A program made the position numbers and the translations under genes. 64,000 bases of DNA, from the NCBI GenBank assembly GCA_976226885.1, contig OZ320313.1:106640001-106704000 (forward strand), written 5' to 3'. This document shows positions 36,701 to 50,093 of the stretch, in pieces (the stretch's first letter is position 1; each line of letters starts with the position of its first letter). The notes under the pieces were generated by a model, which ran no database searches, was not told where the DNA came from, and was given only the letters and a program-made list of their open reading frames with translations. The stretch comes from Iphione sp. A-MEVVRFRX5. Its lineage: Eukaryota.

Positions 36701-38772
36701 ATAGAGTGGACATAAATGCAACATAACTTTATATGAAACACTACTACTTCTCTGCGACCTCACATACACGGCACGATAATCACAACATTTTGCGAACCAC
36801 TGTGTATTTTTGGTTCTTTCTGTATATTTGGAATACATGATCTACACCACTGACCAGGCACGTGCTTACATACATCAGAGACGTTCTATCAGTTTCCCTT
36901 CCTATACCTACCAGAAAATCGCGACTGAATCTTTGCCTTTATAAAGAAATCCCTGTAGAACATGCTACTACTAGCTAGAAGTTGAAAATACATTTGTACA
37001 CACTTATTAAAAAGCAGGTTTCTGGAACATCTCCACCCTCAGCTGTTAATCACAGTGTAGAAACAGATTAGAACTCTGTTTGCGCATGATGTCTAATTCT
37101 TGCTTTTGCTCAAGTAACGCAAACTAAGAGACTTTGGTTAGTGTTACACCAAAAAGAAAAAAAAAGTTTGCCATGATAAATCCTCCAAAGTAACGTAGTT
37201 CTTGACTACAAAGAAAACCAACTAGTCACCATTCGTTCCATAGTAAAGCATTAATATAGTATTTCCCCTTTAAAATATAGTCGTATTCTTAAGACAATAT
37301 GTGGAAGCAATTTCGCAGGAGAGGACTTATGATGGCGGGCGCACCAATTTATGGGTACACCAAAGACATTATCATATTAAGAATTCTTCAACACAGGAGC
37401 ATGCAATCTCTCTCTGGTCACTGTGAACGCCGAAATACCAAACTTCTTTACATTATTGTTTTAATAGACTGTATTTTCCCCAAAGACAACAAAGCACCGC
37501 ACATATATGGCTGGTCTGTAGTGATGGATTTACTTTGATTTCATCGCTGTTTCTCTAGGTGTTTCCATAGAGCCTCATGTATGCTTTCTATTCAGATATT
37601 TGTGTCCCCTGGTAGCAAGCTGTATGTACATGTATAGACATGTAGCATAGGGTATAATGACACCATTCCACAGCCACTCCATTATACACATACGTCCCGC
37701 CACAAACTGGGCAATCAGCATTTATATACTTTGAAGACATCACTGTCTTTCCTCCTAACCTCTCACTACAAATCTCTTTTAATTACTAAGACATGTGTTA
37801 CAAACAAGGCTCTAATAAGACACGAGATCGTCAAGCAGCAAACCGGTGATAAAGACATACTGCAACAGGGTCAGGATTCAATATCAGATAATTCCAAGCT
37901 CGGAGAGAGACGATATGCCTGAAGCTGGTTGGTAGCATTTCTGTTCTACCATAGAGAGGCTATCCTCGCAGTTGAGAACGTTACCCTCTTTACACACTTG
38001 TGTGGCTAAGATAAAAGATATCAGATATTAGATCCTGACCCTGTTGTTAAGGGAACAGCAGTGGGGGACAACTGGTTCAAATTACCTCCACACTCTCTCC
38101 TCCGAGTGAATACTGGGAAAAAGTGAATTAACAGAGGAGTGAGCACAAAAAAAACAATAAAAAAGGACTTTAGGCTGACTACACTATTATACATTTAGTT
38201 TTTATCACTGCAGCTACCAATACAGAAGCAGCTGAAAGACTATCAATGTAGTTTGAGTTGGAAGTCAGCTTTTCCAAATTTGCTAAATTAAAGCATTTTG
38301 CTTGATGCACTGTATGTATACTGAGAGAGTGGGATATTGATAGTGCAGCTTCACACGGGACAAATCAACAGGTTTTATTATAGAAAATACAGAAAATTTT
38401 ATAATTTTATTTTTTTAAAAAATAATCCCAGCATGCTTTTACTGTGGAGAAAGCTATGGTTATTTTTCTACGCCAGGTTGTTTGAGGTCCCCGATGTACT
38501 TTGCTAGTATCCTGGATGAGAAAATCCAAGAAACCTACCACAAAAATTTATACACGATTTCCTTTGCTGTTGGCTTATATGAATGAAAAACTTGTATCAC
38601 ATGAGATTGTACATGGATTTCAATTCCATGTACAAATGGTAAATTTTGAAGTTAATTCACATCCACGTCCGAGGACCTCATTTTTTTCTAGCAGTTATGT
38701 CATTCCGGCAGGCGATCAGTAAATGTCAAAATAATTGAATTACGGCAAAAAATATAGTTAAATTGTCCTTAC

Positions 38773-38819
38773 CTCTTGATCTGAGACACCGGATAAACCT
38801 GAGGTGTCCAATCTGGAGC
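38773..38819 (-). CDS. aPKC: aPKC hinge exon (GSRLDTSGLSGVSDQE)
   Basis: 47 bp, strong acceptor (ttttcgcacag) and gtaagg donor; supplies the phase 1 to 0 link needed between 39926 and 33702. Confidence 0.8.
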
Positions 38820-39925
38820 CTGTGCGAAAAGCATGACAGAAACATAAGAACAATCAATTTCTGCAGAAGACTGAAAACACCTCTCCAAATATCAGAACTA
38901 CGCCCCACCATCTAAAAAAAAACCAGGTCTTATACATAGTAAGAGGAAAGAAGGACAATTTGCAATTTCGTGGAATTCATACTAAGAAATGTCGTCTAAG
39001 AATTTTAAGAATACGTCCATGCAGATTAATGTATCTTAATAGCCTACTGTAACCCTCTGAGCTCATGGTATTAATTAAACATATGTGCACAATGAAACTG
39101 CTCCTAAATATCCTCATATTAAAAGGATGTCATGGGTAACATTCAAACCTAAACTGGACTTTGTCACAGCAGGCGCACATCTTAATAAGTAGGCTGAAAG
39201 TTTAGCGAGTGCCCTTGGGTCATGTACCTGATCAGAAGACCATAGCGAGTACAACACAAAATAAAGCCACACTGTCATTGCCATGTTCAGATGGTAGTCT
39301 ACGGAAATCCTTTGGTTCTAGGCAAAATTGTCCATTTGAGGCTTTGTCGGTATTTTGTTCTGTTCGGAGTACGTCTTTTCTGCCACACTCGTTTTACTGC
39401 CCATTTATCACTCAGGTTTTAACTGAACTGCATCATACTATCAGTCAACCAAGGAAGTTACCAAAACTAGAAAAGTATCCTTGTGGAAGTCTTGCCTAAG
39501 GAAGGTATATAATGTATGAAGCAATGCATGGGGATAATGGTAGGTTCAACAGAACCAATATAGCTTCTCAATACGCGCAAATCGTGTGAATTTTGACAAA
39601 ATTTAGCTGCGCCAAGTATCATCAGAGGTATACATGTATTTCTGTAAACGAAGTACAGGTGTTCCACACTGTCTGTGTCACCAATACGAACTACATGTAC
39701 TGGGGGGCAAACACAGCACTGGCAGAAAGGTAACTATTTCCCACGCAGTGGCGGAATGGTACACCTTGCCTCTAGAGCCCAGCAGATGGTTTGATCAACA
39801 GGCCAACAGTCTTGGCAAGCCTCCCATCGACTTTGCATGCGGAGCCATGAATAAGTTCGGTAACATGTATAAGTTAGTCAATACACCCCCCCCCTCGCCC
39901 TGTACAAAAAAAAGCTGCTGTTTAC

Positions 39926-40004
39926 CTTTATGAGAGTCCCCATTCTGCTGCTCGGGTATACTCGACAAAGACTGTGTCATTGTCGAAGATGGGCACGTAG
40001 GCTC
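39926..40004 (-). CDS. aPKC: aPKC hinge exon (EPTCPSSTMTQSLSSIPEQQNGDSHK)
   Basis: 79 bp, ctgcag acceptor, gtaaac donor, phase 0 to 1, open frame. Confidence 0.8.
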
Positions 40005-41657
40005 CTGCAGGGATAGAACAAGGGAATTAGCACAGATGTCATACTATTCATGCCGGATTTGTTTTTTAAGTACACACAATGGATGGTACCGTGACAAATC
40101 GTTTTGAATGGTGGTGACGGCTCATTTAACATTTATTATTCAAAACCATTTGAACAATGACTACAAGTATCGTTTACTCTTTAAGAAAAAAACAGGAAAA
40201 TATATACAATCAGCCCCGTTTCACCGAGCAAGGTACGGTTCTTGTCAAACGTTTGGTTAGCCAGGGTTTTAAGTTAATCTAAACATGAAACAGAGATAAA
40301 ACCCTTTTGTATGGGACAAAGTAGTCCATATAAGCGGAGAATTTAATAAACTCGGGTCCCGTTAACCGGGGCCGACCGTACTTGGTTCTAGATTACAAAA
40401 AGGTTACCGGAGAATGTTCTTACGTCTGACAGTAGAGCAGGACATAAATCTCCAATTGAACAGATTAGCTGAGGTACAATGAAACAGAAGTGCAGCCAGA
40501 TCGGTTACAAGAAATTGTGCACATCATCCCTTGACAGAAGAACATCACATACAACATGGCAGTCATCAACCGTTTCAAGCGGATTGAGCGAGTTTAGGAA
40601 AAAAACAGCACAAACCAATTTCAAAATTTGTATTTTTGGCTAATTGCCACTTAAGCTTTTAAACAGATTTATTTTAGTCAAAAGATTTGTAACGTCTTAT
40701 AATTCAGATATGAAGCTCAGTAACTTTTTTCAGGTTATGACAAAAGGGAAAGTAGCACAGGCAGCAGTTATTCAACCACTGAAGAGCATGATTTGTTTTA
40801 ATTGTCTGCTTGACAACAAAACAAACGAATTTTCTCTAGCACCTTTACGAACTAACCCTACTTACATTCTGACTAACTGTACAATAAAAGAAACAATGAA
40901 ATTTCTACTGAGATATCCAAAAAAATATGAACAATGAAAAACAAATCCGAAAGGGTTCACTATAGTTAGAAACATGATGCAACTGAGTGAAATTTTAAAC
41001 AACTTAAACATAGAACACCTTGGACATGGGATATGGGAGGGGGGAATCGTTTGGTAGGAACCTCATGATAAAGCTTTCTGCAATAAGCCATCGCAATGGG
41101 AAAAGCAACTTCAATATCGACGTCTTTCGTGAAGTAAAGCCTCCAGCAAAATTCTGATGAACACACACTTAACTACTTGGCTAATACACTTGCCTATTGA
41201 ATGTCCGGAATAAGGCAACTATGCCAGTGGCTACTAAAACATTACAAGCTTCAGAAACGAAAATTAAATGCACGAAGCCATCAACATCGGCAAGGAAACA
41301 AATGATGCCACTTGACTTGAACGATATATCAGGAGGTTCAAATGTCTGCAAACGGTCACAGTTGCTTTGCTAAATCCATCGTAATAAAAAATCTGCATGT
41401 AAAGTTGAAGTATCCTAACAATAACAGTATTTTAAATACGTTTTCTTGTTTTGTCATATATTGTCCGGTTCAGCCTTTTCTCTTTTTTTTTTCTTTGAGT
41501 GATATCTGAAATTTCTTCGGAATATTTTGCCAGCGGACGCAAGTGACCATCAGCAAGACATTTGTCACCCGGTATAGTCAACAAATATACAGAAGCTGTA
41601 CATAATGTGAAGTTCTAGACTAAGACGATCACACACAGCGCAGTGTCTCTTGCTTAC

Positions 41658-41720
41658 ACTGTGGGAGTAAGTGTCAGAGACTGATGGCAGCGGTGTTGGG
41701 GGATCCGGCTCAACCAGCAC
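41658..41720 (-). CDS. aPKC: Candidate aPKC cassette exon in the hinge (VLVEPDPPTPLPSVSDTYSHS)
   Basis: 63 bp, phase 0 to 0, ccacag acceptor, gtaagc donor; frame-neutral, so not required by the model. Confidence 0.5.
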
Positions 41721-42429
41721 CTGTGGCAACAACAACCATATACACCACCTAATCTTTCCTGTTAACCCTTTATACGCAGTTGTATCAAGTGTATCCCGGC
41801 ACTCGATAATCAGGTACGCCCTGCAACCTTGTCTATCAGGCCTGCGACATGAAGGACTGCAAGGACCTTTTACAAAAACCAAATCTATCACAGGATAAAA
41901 AAAACCTCAACCCTTTTGCCAGTAAATCTAGATGTACACATTTTCTGTGATTACTATATAGAAGGTAGTTACACGTGGGTTAATGTGTCATAGCATCTGG
42001 TATATGGTTTGATTTATGTTAAATTCTGGTAGGTTTGCAGCTAATAGGAATTTTAATCAAGATGCATGTCACTAGAAAAGATGAGTGCGGAATAAAAATG
42101 ACAAAACTGCGCTCAATTCCCACCTTCCTCATAACGCCTCTCCTAAATACATTCGTTTTTTAAACGAAAACAGTAAACTTTATGTCCCCGTTGGGCTTCC
42201 CACTATTTTGAGTCAAGAGAAACCACAGCTTAATCCAGAACAACTTTTAAAAAAAGCGATAAATTTTAAGTTTCAATGAATTTGATTTTTCGCGTCGTGA
42301 CGTACTATATGACAATAACCTAGGTGAAAAAAGCTACAGGTATTTTTGTTCACCTGTTCAAAGGCAGATTGTGTACACATATGCCACACTGAAGCGAGTC
42401 ACGTTTAGAAACAGCGTCTGCGTACTCAC

Positions 42430-42561
42430 CACGGTGCCGCCACAGGAGAGCTTGATGAGTTTGTGACATTTCTTGTGCACAAGTAGCTTACAGTTGATGC
42501 ACTTGTAACCCTGGCGGCCCAGCCCCCAGATCCGGTCTGAGCAATACGCACAGAAAGCACG
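42430..42561 (-). CDS. aPKC: aPKC C1-domain exon ([44 protein letters not shown])
   Basis: 132 bp, phase 0 to 0, atypical C1 zinc finger. Confidence 0.97.
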
Positions 42562-45500
42562 CTGCAAGAGAGAGGTAAGACCGAGGTAGGCAGTTAGTTT
42601 GATGTTGGTTATGTGTGAAGGTGAGACGAAAGACACTGTGGATGAAAAGGTTGGCTTTAGGTCATAATTGAAGGAATAAAACACATTGTCATGGAGGTGG
42701 GGCCACCTCCTCTTGGAGTAGAGGTCACTGGGGGTTATGACCCTAGTATGTGGGAAGGTCACTGCATCATAAGTAAACAAAGTGTTGGTACTGGAACTGT
42801 TCCCTTATTCCAAATCTGGCAACCTGTGTCCAGTACTCTGGTAACGTTTCCATAACTGACTCAGGAAAACAGGAAGTTATACAATCTGTTATGTAGTTTT
42901 CACTATGAATAGACCTGTTATACAACCATCACTGTATATAAGACTGATGTTTCTGTGAATAAATAGATACTCTCTCCCTGCACTTTGAGAGAGACACCCA
43001 GCAGAGTTTTGTATGTACAGCGAACCAGAATTCTTTGTGAGGACATTCTTCACTTCACAAACCGCTTCTGAGCTGTGATCTGTTAGTCACCAGACTGGGC
43101 CCACGTTACAATATCTTTCTTTTTAGCTGACAGGGGGTCCTGCTTGGTGTGACCAGGTCATACGATCTCACAGTAGACCTCTAATGGATAGTAGATGAAC
43201 TAAAGTTCATAACAGGTTTTCAAGCTCCCCCCCCTTCCCGACCCAACAATTATTCTCAGCATAGGAGGCGGAACCCTATTTGGCCTGCGCGATCCACGAG
43301 GGTAGGTGGTCATCAAAACCACCACCCCCTACACACAAAAATACATGACGTCTCATACAGAGGGGCTGCGTTGTCCACATCAGCCTTTGAATGAGGTGTA
43401 TTAACCACACATGTTTATTATTAAAGGTTTACAAAGTTGCGTCAAAGGCTGTCTCTTCTAAACAACTGCTCTTTTTGTCGCACTGTCCCTCGAGTCCTTG
43501 AGGTGGCTATCTACTTATTTCAGAATGTTCGGCGGTCATTTTTGGCTGAAGCATGTTTGTTCATACTCAGACTTGAACCCGGTACTTCTCACACCACAGG
43601 CAGACATATCAGTGCGCCACGAGCATGGTGTTTAGCTCATAAGATAATACTCTTCAACGTCAAGGTCACTCCGAACACTAGGGTGTGATGCCATCAGGAC
43701 TGCATGGCCCTGGATACTTCCTGGAGTGCGTCAATACGAGCCTTAATAAATATTTGCTTTCATGATTTATGAGTCTACGTGGCCAATATGACGTTACCAA
43801 GTTGATAAGGTGAGACAATAACAAGCGACTAATACAAAGAAAACAAACGACAGAATCTGAAATAAAGCAACCCGCAATAAAAGAACGGGTACACATTACG
43901 GTTAATTAGACCGAATTCTGTTTGAAGAGAATACCATTCACAAGTATGTTGTTGATCCCATATATGAGTACTGCGGTAGGTTATTTTAGACGCAATTATA
44001 TGGTATATTAAAAAGAATAGAAACTGGCCTCAGATATCTGCAGTTTAAAGTTAGTACTGGATCATTCATAAAAAAAGAAGCTAAAGTTAAATGAATATAA
44101 CCAAAAATAAATATTCTGATACTTAATTCTTCCCCAAGAGTTGCACGGATGATAATTATAATAAACTTAATCATTATTCTCGATTTATAACAGAAACATG
44201 ACTTTGAACATTATATTAATCTAGACCATTTTATTACTACTTTGATATTCTTTCTAGCCAAGTAAATTATATGGTGAGCCTAAAATGAATTGGCACACAA
44301 AGTACCTGCAAGGTAAATCTTTTTGCTTATAAGGTTGTTACAACGACAAAACAACATGATGCAAAGTTCGTTAGTACTGCGGACATGGGTGTATGTTAGA
44401 TATTTTTAGCGAAAAGACGTAATGGTACCTACAGTCAACACGGGGCAAAGGAGGATATCAACATGGTCAATAAATATTCACCGATCCGAAAGTACATTCT
44501 TCATGCCCATTCTTCCAAAAAATGTCAGTATCCCACAAGCAAAATGTTAAAAGGTCTTCCTTACGCCTACCCTGCTTCACGTATTTCTGAAAGCCTAACC
44601 ACACCGACATACGACCTCCTCTATATGTGGGTTGAGGTACATACATCACTGCATTAAGATGACTCTCACAGCTGCTGTGGTAGCGACAGGATAACAGTAC
44701 TTTTACGGACAAAAACGCCAAGAGATTTATCTTTCCGATTTTACCATTTACACTCATTTACGTTTTACTTCTCCAATATGCTTGAATATCAATACAGAAT
44801 AACTGTGCGACAGTCCAAATCAACTATAGAAACGAAGATGCGTCTAGAAAGGGACACAACATGAGCTTTACATGATCTTGTTCTTCAAACAGGCTATATA
44901 TTATGATTATATGTAATACGTCAGTATAAATACGTGTACATGTATATATAATGTTCGCATGCATGAACTGCCCTCGTCTTTTACGTGACGTTTCCATTTA
45001 TATACAAATATGAGACTAAAACACAAATACCATTACCTCCAGAGCAAAACACCTTTCACAATGCCGTCAGCGAAATCCAAACCGATTTTGGCTTTTTCCT
45101 ACAGAAATGCCGGTATCCTCCACAAAGAGTGGCCAACGACATCAAAAGGGTTCCTTCGCAAACAGCCCACTTGCGGTCTATAGTTACTACTACGTTTCCA
45201 GCCTCAACTCACAGCGACAGTCGATAGGGTAACGTGAATGATGATCATGCTGGCGGTCAATGTCAGTCGGGCTGCTTTCTGGGTCTAGTCGTTCCATGTA
45301 TATGAGTCGGTGCTCCCTTGATAGACAGTAGATTCCAATTTGCCCTGCCCCCCCCCAACTCCTACATGCCCTTGCTATATAAGAGTAATCATACGTGTAT
45401 ATTATATCGTTTAACATCAGCGGCGCCACCCCTATGTTTGATCCCTGGTGGCCGTCGTTTTTAGGCCCCTTTGGAGGACTTCATCGCCAAATGAATGCCC

Positions 45501-45898
45501 CTTGCTGAGCGAGCAGATCATAACAATATGAGGGGGTTAATTGCATTGGTATATTACCCGCCTAGTACGTCGCGAAACGGCAGGGGAAAACCGTCAGATA
45601 CCTTGCATATTTCACAGATCTTGGCTTTGATAGAATTGAGCTCTGCAGCCTAAGTAAAAGCGCTGGATTTTAATACAAGGAATTATCATGTGGTCAAAGA
45701 GTTACATGTTCTAAATGTAGTCTTTAAAATAAGCTACTTCATCCCTTAATTTGGTCGCTAGGCAAAGTCGTAAAATTCATTAACGAGTACTTTGTTACGG
45801 AATGGGCTATAGTCTGGTACCGCTAAATGTTAGGGACCAATATCAATGTTGTTTGCACTAATAAAATATATGCAACAAAAAACATTAATTGCAGCGGG

Positions 45899-45907
45899 AG
45901 AGAGAGC

Positions 45908-45982
<75 letters not shown>
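45899..45982. repeat. (GA)n microsatellite
   Basis: Visible run. Confidence 0.97.
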
Positions 45983-45989
<7 letters not shown>

Positions 45990-46149
45990 TGCAGAGAAAA
46001 AGAGAGGGAAAACATAGGTAATTAGAGCCAGAGAAAGAGAACAGAAAGTAGACAGGAACAGAGACGTACAGAAAGAGGAGTGACAGAAATGGAGAGAAAA
46101 CCAAAGAGAGGACAGAAGGAGAAAAGACAGCGGGAGAGAGATACGAGCA

Positions 46150-46212
46150 GGGGCGGGACCAAGCCATCAGCGTCTAGGGCGTGGCTTCTTTTATACCTGA
46201 AAGTCCCGCCCC
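46150..46212 (-). promoter_or_regulatory. Candidate intronic promoter (TATA box between inverted GC boxes)
   Basis: TATAAAAG on the minus strand at 46195-46188; GGGGCGGGAC at 46150-46159 and its reverse complement at 46203-46212. Confidence 0.4.
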
Positions 46213-48253
46213 AACTTGTCACTGAAGACGAGTCAAACACTGCTCACACTGCCTTCCCTACCGCACGATATCATCTTGTTATATATGCAACAGCAGCCAC
46301 ATATACCTTCGACTGAATATCCAACGGCCCGTGTTTCTTCCTGTAGAAGCACATAGAATCACAGGCAGCTCATATATGGCAGAGCTAGCGTTGATCCCCC
46401 CCCCCCCCCCCCACTTAAAAAAAATAACAAAGCAGTAATACTCTGACATAGACAGGAGGGAACATAGAGGAACGTATAATAGCCATTAATGAAGAAATTT
46501 AGTTTTAAAAAATATACCCTTCCCTGAACCAATCACATGTTCTTTCTTGAGGTTTCTTGACAAGTGATATAGTATGCCTAAAGAAGATCACTTTACGAAT
46601 CATTCACAAGGGAAACTTTTATGGAGCAGAAAACACAAATTATGAATCTGCGAGTTGGTTGGGCTTGGCATACTTGACTGATTCGGGATCAATATGATTA
46701 GTTAAGAGGATGCAAAGTATTCGCCGTATCTTGTCAACTAAAAGACATTGCAAACATGCGCTGGTCAAAGTACAATGAAGCGATTTACTGGAGGGAAGGC
46801 AATCGGTTAGTGATGTGATCAGGCTTTTGCGATCTGTCTCACAGAGAAAGAGGATTAGTGACCTAAGTACATGACAGGGTTAATTTTATGTTCAGTATAT
46901 ACACGAAAAGACCCTTATGATTTGCTGTGTTAACAAAGTTATTAATCCAGATTTAAAGTAAAAAAAGATCAAGGTTGGATCTACAAAAACGCTTGAGTAA
47001 TACAATAAAACTGCATTCTCATCCTCATCACTGTTTTAAAACAGGGGCATAATCATAATGCTCTCCCACAAGCATAGTTAAAGAAAACTTAATTTTCTTT
47101 CAGAACAGGAACTGAACACTGTTTTGCAAAATAAGGTTCTGTATACGGGCATGGCAACAATTTTAAGGAAACAAAACAACGAGATATTTTGAGGTTGCAT
47201 TCTTTGAATCAAAGTATCTGACCATTGGTATAAAGATTTAAGAGGTTCAAAATTCCTTATATAGTTATTCTTGGTTATCCGTTAACAAAAACTAAGACAC
47301 TATGCATACACATTTTAGTCGTGCATGTAAACAAAAAAAAATCCTCGTCGACAACAGTGTGGCTACTTATAGAACTGCCCACTGTTGATAGACCAATTTA
47401 TACACTTGTACACATCATTAAGAAATATACAAACAATGCTGCACTGCACTGGTGGACAATTTTTAAAACGTTCCTATCATAGATGTAAAGACATTTTCCC
47501 TTTTAAAAACTATTCTAGTCATAACTTTTTTTTCACTGTCCTTCTAATTAAATCGAAAAAGAATTAAAACACCATTTAAAGGATAGTTTATCACAGTGAC
47601 TGCATTTTCCTTCTAATGAACAATCGTAGGCGTTTCATATTAAATATATATAATCAACGTTTAGGAAATTTAGGACAAACTAAGGAAATATACGAAATAA
47701 TAAATTAATTACACTGTTGAGTTAGCAAGATGCAAAGAGGGGATGGGGGAAGGGATCCAACCAATCAGATTCATTATCACAATTAAAGAGGTCTTGAAGG
47801 GTGGAGTTTCAGCCAATCAAAATCTCCCATACATCTGAAAATAAACAGGACGCAAGGCTTCTTCAAGACATGAGAAATACCGTCTGATTCTGCCATTTTC
47901 ATCCGTTTGTAAACACCCTGACAAAAGCTATACACATATATACACAAAAAATAAGGTTTTAAATTACTTTACTTTCGTTTTCTTCCTAATCATACCATTC
48001 GTAAAAGAACATTAGGCCAAAAGATGACCGGGACATAGCATATTATCATCTAATGAAGTAACTTTTGCAGCCTACAATTATACTCTCGCAGTCAGGAGGC
48101 CACTTTTTTATATTCAATGATTTACATGAACTGGGAGAAACAGCTCCATCTCAAACTTCAAAACACCCCTAAACTGAATGTTGCGCACTAAATGTTGTTT
48201 CATATACGTTTTGATAATGACTCCCTGATTGAACTAGCATTAATTCGAAAAAT

Positions 48254-48678
48254 ACAAGACTGGACCTGCAAGGTCTACTGTCCCCGATCACCAAGTGGCC
48301 ATTTCAGGCTTGATTGCACCTCTTGTGGTCAGACTGCTACAGGGTCGTGCTGGTAGAGGGGGGGGGGGGGGTTAGTGCATGGTGTGTGTCTGTGTGTGTA
48401 TGTGAGTGTATTGACAGACACAGAAATCCCTAAAGAAAGTATTATGTTTGTGGGTGTGTTAGCAAAAGAGTAAGTTAACATAATTTCTCCTTTAGAACAT
48501 TTGAATAAATACTAAAATTACCCAGTTTCTATACATAAATATCATATATTAAAATCAGTTCATTTGACTGAAGGGTTTTAGAATTATAAGACCCACAAGA
48601 GTGTGACAGAAGGTTGGACAGTTGAACAGCAGCATTACTAAGGTACCCCCATCCCCCTCTATGAGGTGGAGGACATAA
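48254..48678 (+). mobile_element. HINE-like element, diverged copy 3
   Basis: Shares the 5' GGACCTG..AGGTCTA.TGTCCCC, the CAAAAGAGTAA...ATAAGACCCACAAGAGTGTGAC block and the CCCCTCTATGAGG..GGAC 3' hairpin with copies 1 and 2. Confidence 0.65.
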
Positions 48679-49149
48679 ATTTTAGTTTACTGGTGCCAGC
48701 AGGACTACTTTTGCCATGACCATGACCTTGTTAGTGCTGGCTCAACTCACCTCTAATGTTTCCAAAGGAATGGAGGGTTATCACTTAAATTAAATTTTGG
48801 TAATCAAAGTTGTGTGGAGGACCACCACACAGCCATTTTGATTGTGTGTGAAGTACCTAGCGTAGTGATCTACAGGTGGTACCAGTAAAGTAGAGCTGAG
48901 CCAATAAAACTATATTTATTAAGGTCAATTATGATGCAATGTGAAAAAGAATACATTTTGCTAATAAAGCCAGCAAATCTGTTGCAACTTCCTCCTTCTG
49001 TCCCAGAAATCTAACACCTTTTATTTGCTGTCTAACTGATTACAAAGAATGTATTTCCAATTAACGGTAACGGCTAGTGGCAATATCTGACGGTATTTCC
49101 CTTTAGAAAACTAAAGTAAATACAAAACAAGAACAAAAATAGTTCCCAG

Positions 49150-49250
49150 AAAATGAGTCATTTCATCCGACGCCTCGGCGGCCATTTTGGTTGTTAGACG
49201 TGCGCGTGCGCACCTGGTTCCCATGGCAACAGACGCATCACGTGACTCAC
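49150..49250. promoter_or_regulatory. Dense transcription-factor motif cluster (YY1, NRF1-like, RFX X-box, E-box, AP-1)
   Basis: GCCATTTT 49181; TGCGCGTGCGCA 49201-49212; GTTCCCATGGCAAC 49217-49230; TCACGTGA 49238-49245; TGA(G/C)TCA at 49154 and 49243. Confidence 0.45.
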
Positions 49251-50007
49251 CCCAAAGAAGTGCTCGCCCTACAAAAAGTATATGAATTGTTTTATACTGT
49301 TCAGGGGGAAGGGGTTGAGAAGGAGTGGGGTTGGAAGCGGTATTAGCTCGGTGGGAAAAAACTCACCACAAGAGCTTAAAACAGTACACTTGGTCAGTCT
49401 TTTTTCATCAGTTGATCACAATTTAGCCCAGAGTTAGAAATCCTGGGTGACAGTGGGCGATGCGGAAAACATTTTGAAAAAAAAGCGAATATAAAAGATA
49501 CTACTGACAATAGGGTGTAAATATATCATGTCCAAAAAGAGTGCGTCTAGATTAAATTCTACATACTGATGCAAACCATCTAGATACGAGAAATACTATG
49601 TGGACCAAATGGGATGAAAATAAATATGTCATAAGTCTTATCTGACAGGGCATTCGCTCATTGGTTGACGGAGGACCTTACTTTCTCGGAAAGTAGTTAC
49701 ATATTTATTGCTTATTAACGACTTTCTGTTCAGTATTCAACCTTGGACAAACCTGTACCATGATAAGTTCAGTAGTTTAATGAGATAATGCCCACAGAAC
49801 AACTTGCCACAGAGCGAAGTACTAAGTACGTGTAATCATATTGCAAACAAATGGCAGGGGATATCACAATATAGCACTTTTTTCAGGTTACCACAATTCG
49901 TTTTTCTCCCCCAAGCTGGACCAGAAAACCATGCAAGAAAAACCCAGCATATAAGACAGATTATCGTACTGAAGTAATAGAGAGACGGATTGACGAAGGC
50001 AACTCAC

Positions 50008-50093
50008 CCTGCTGAACCGCTTGGCTTGGAAGAGGTGGCCATTGACGCGGTAAAGCTTCCTCCATCGTCGAGCCCCGCGTCGGTACATGTTAC
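50008..50093 (-). CDS. aPKC: aPKC pseudosubstrate exon ([28 protein letters not shown])
   Basis: 86 bp, phase 1 to 0; [11 protein letters not shown] pseudosubstrate is diagnostic of atypical PKC. Confidence 0.97.

Noticed and set aside
45823-46240. ORFs with ERERER / LSLSLS tracts (also 23715-23912, 60479-60727)
   Set aside because: Translations of (GA)n/(CT)n microsatellites.
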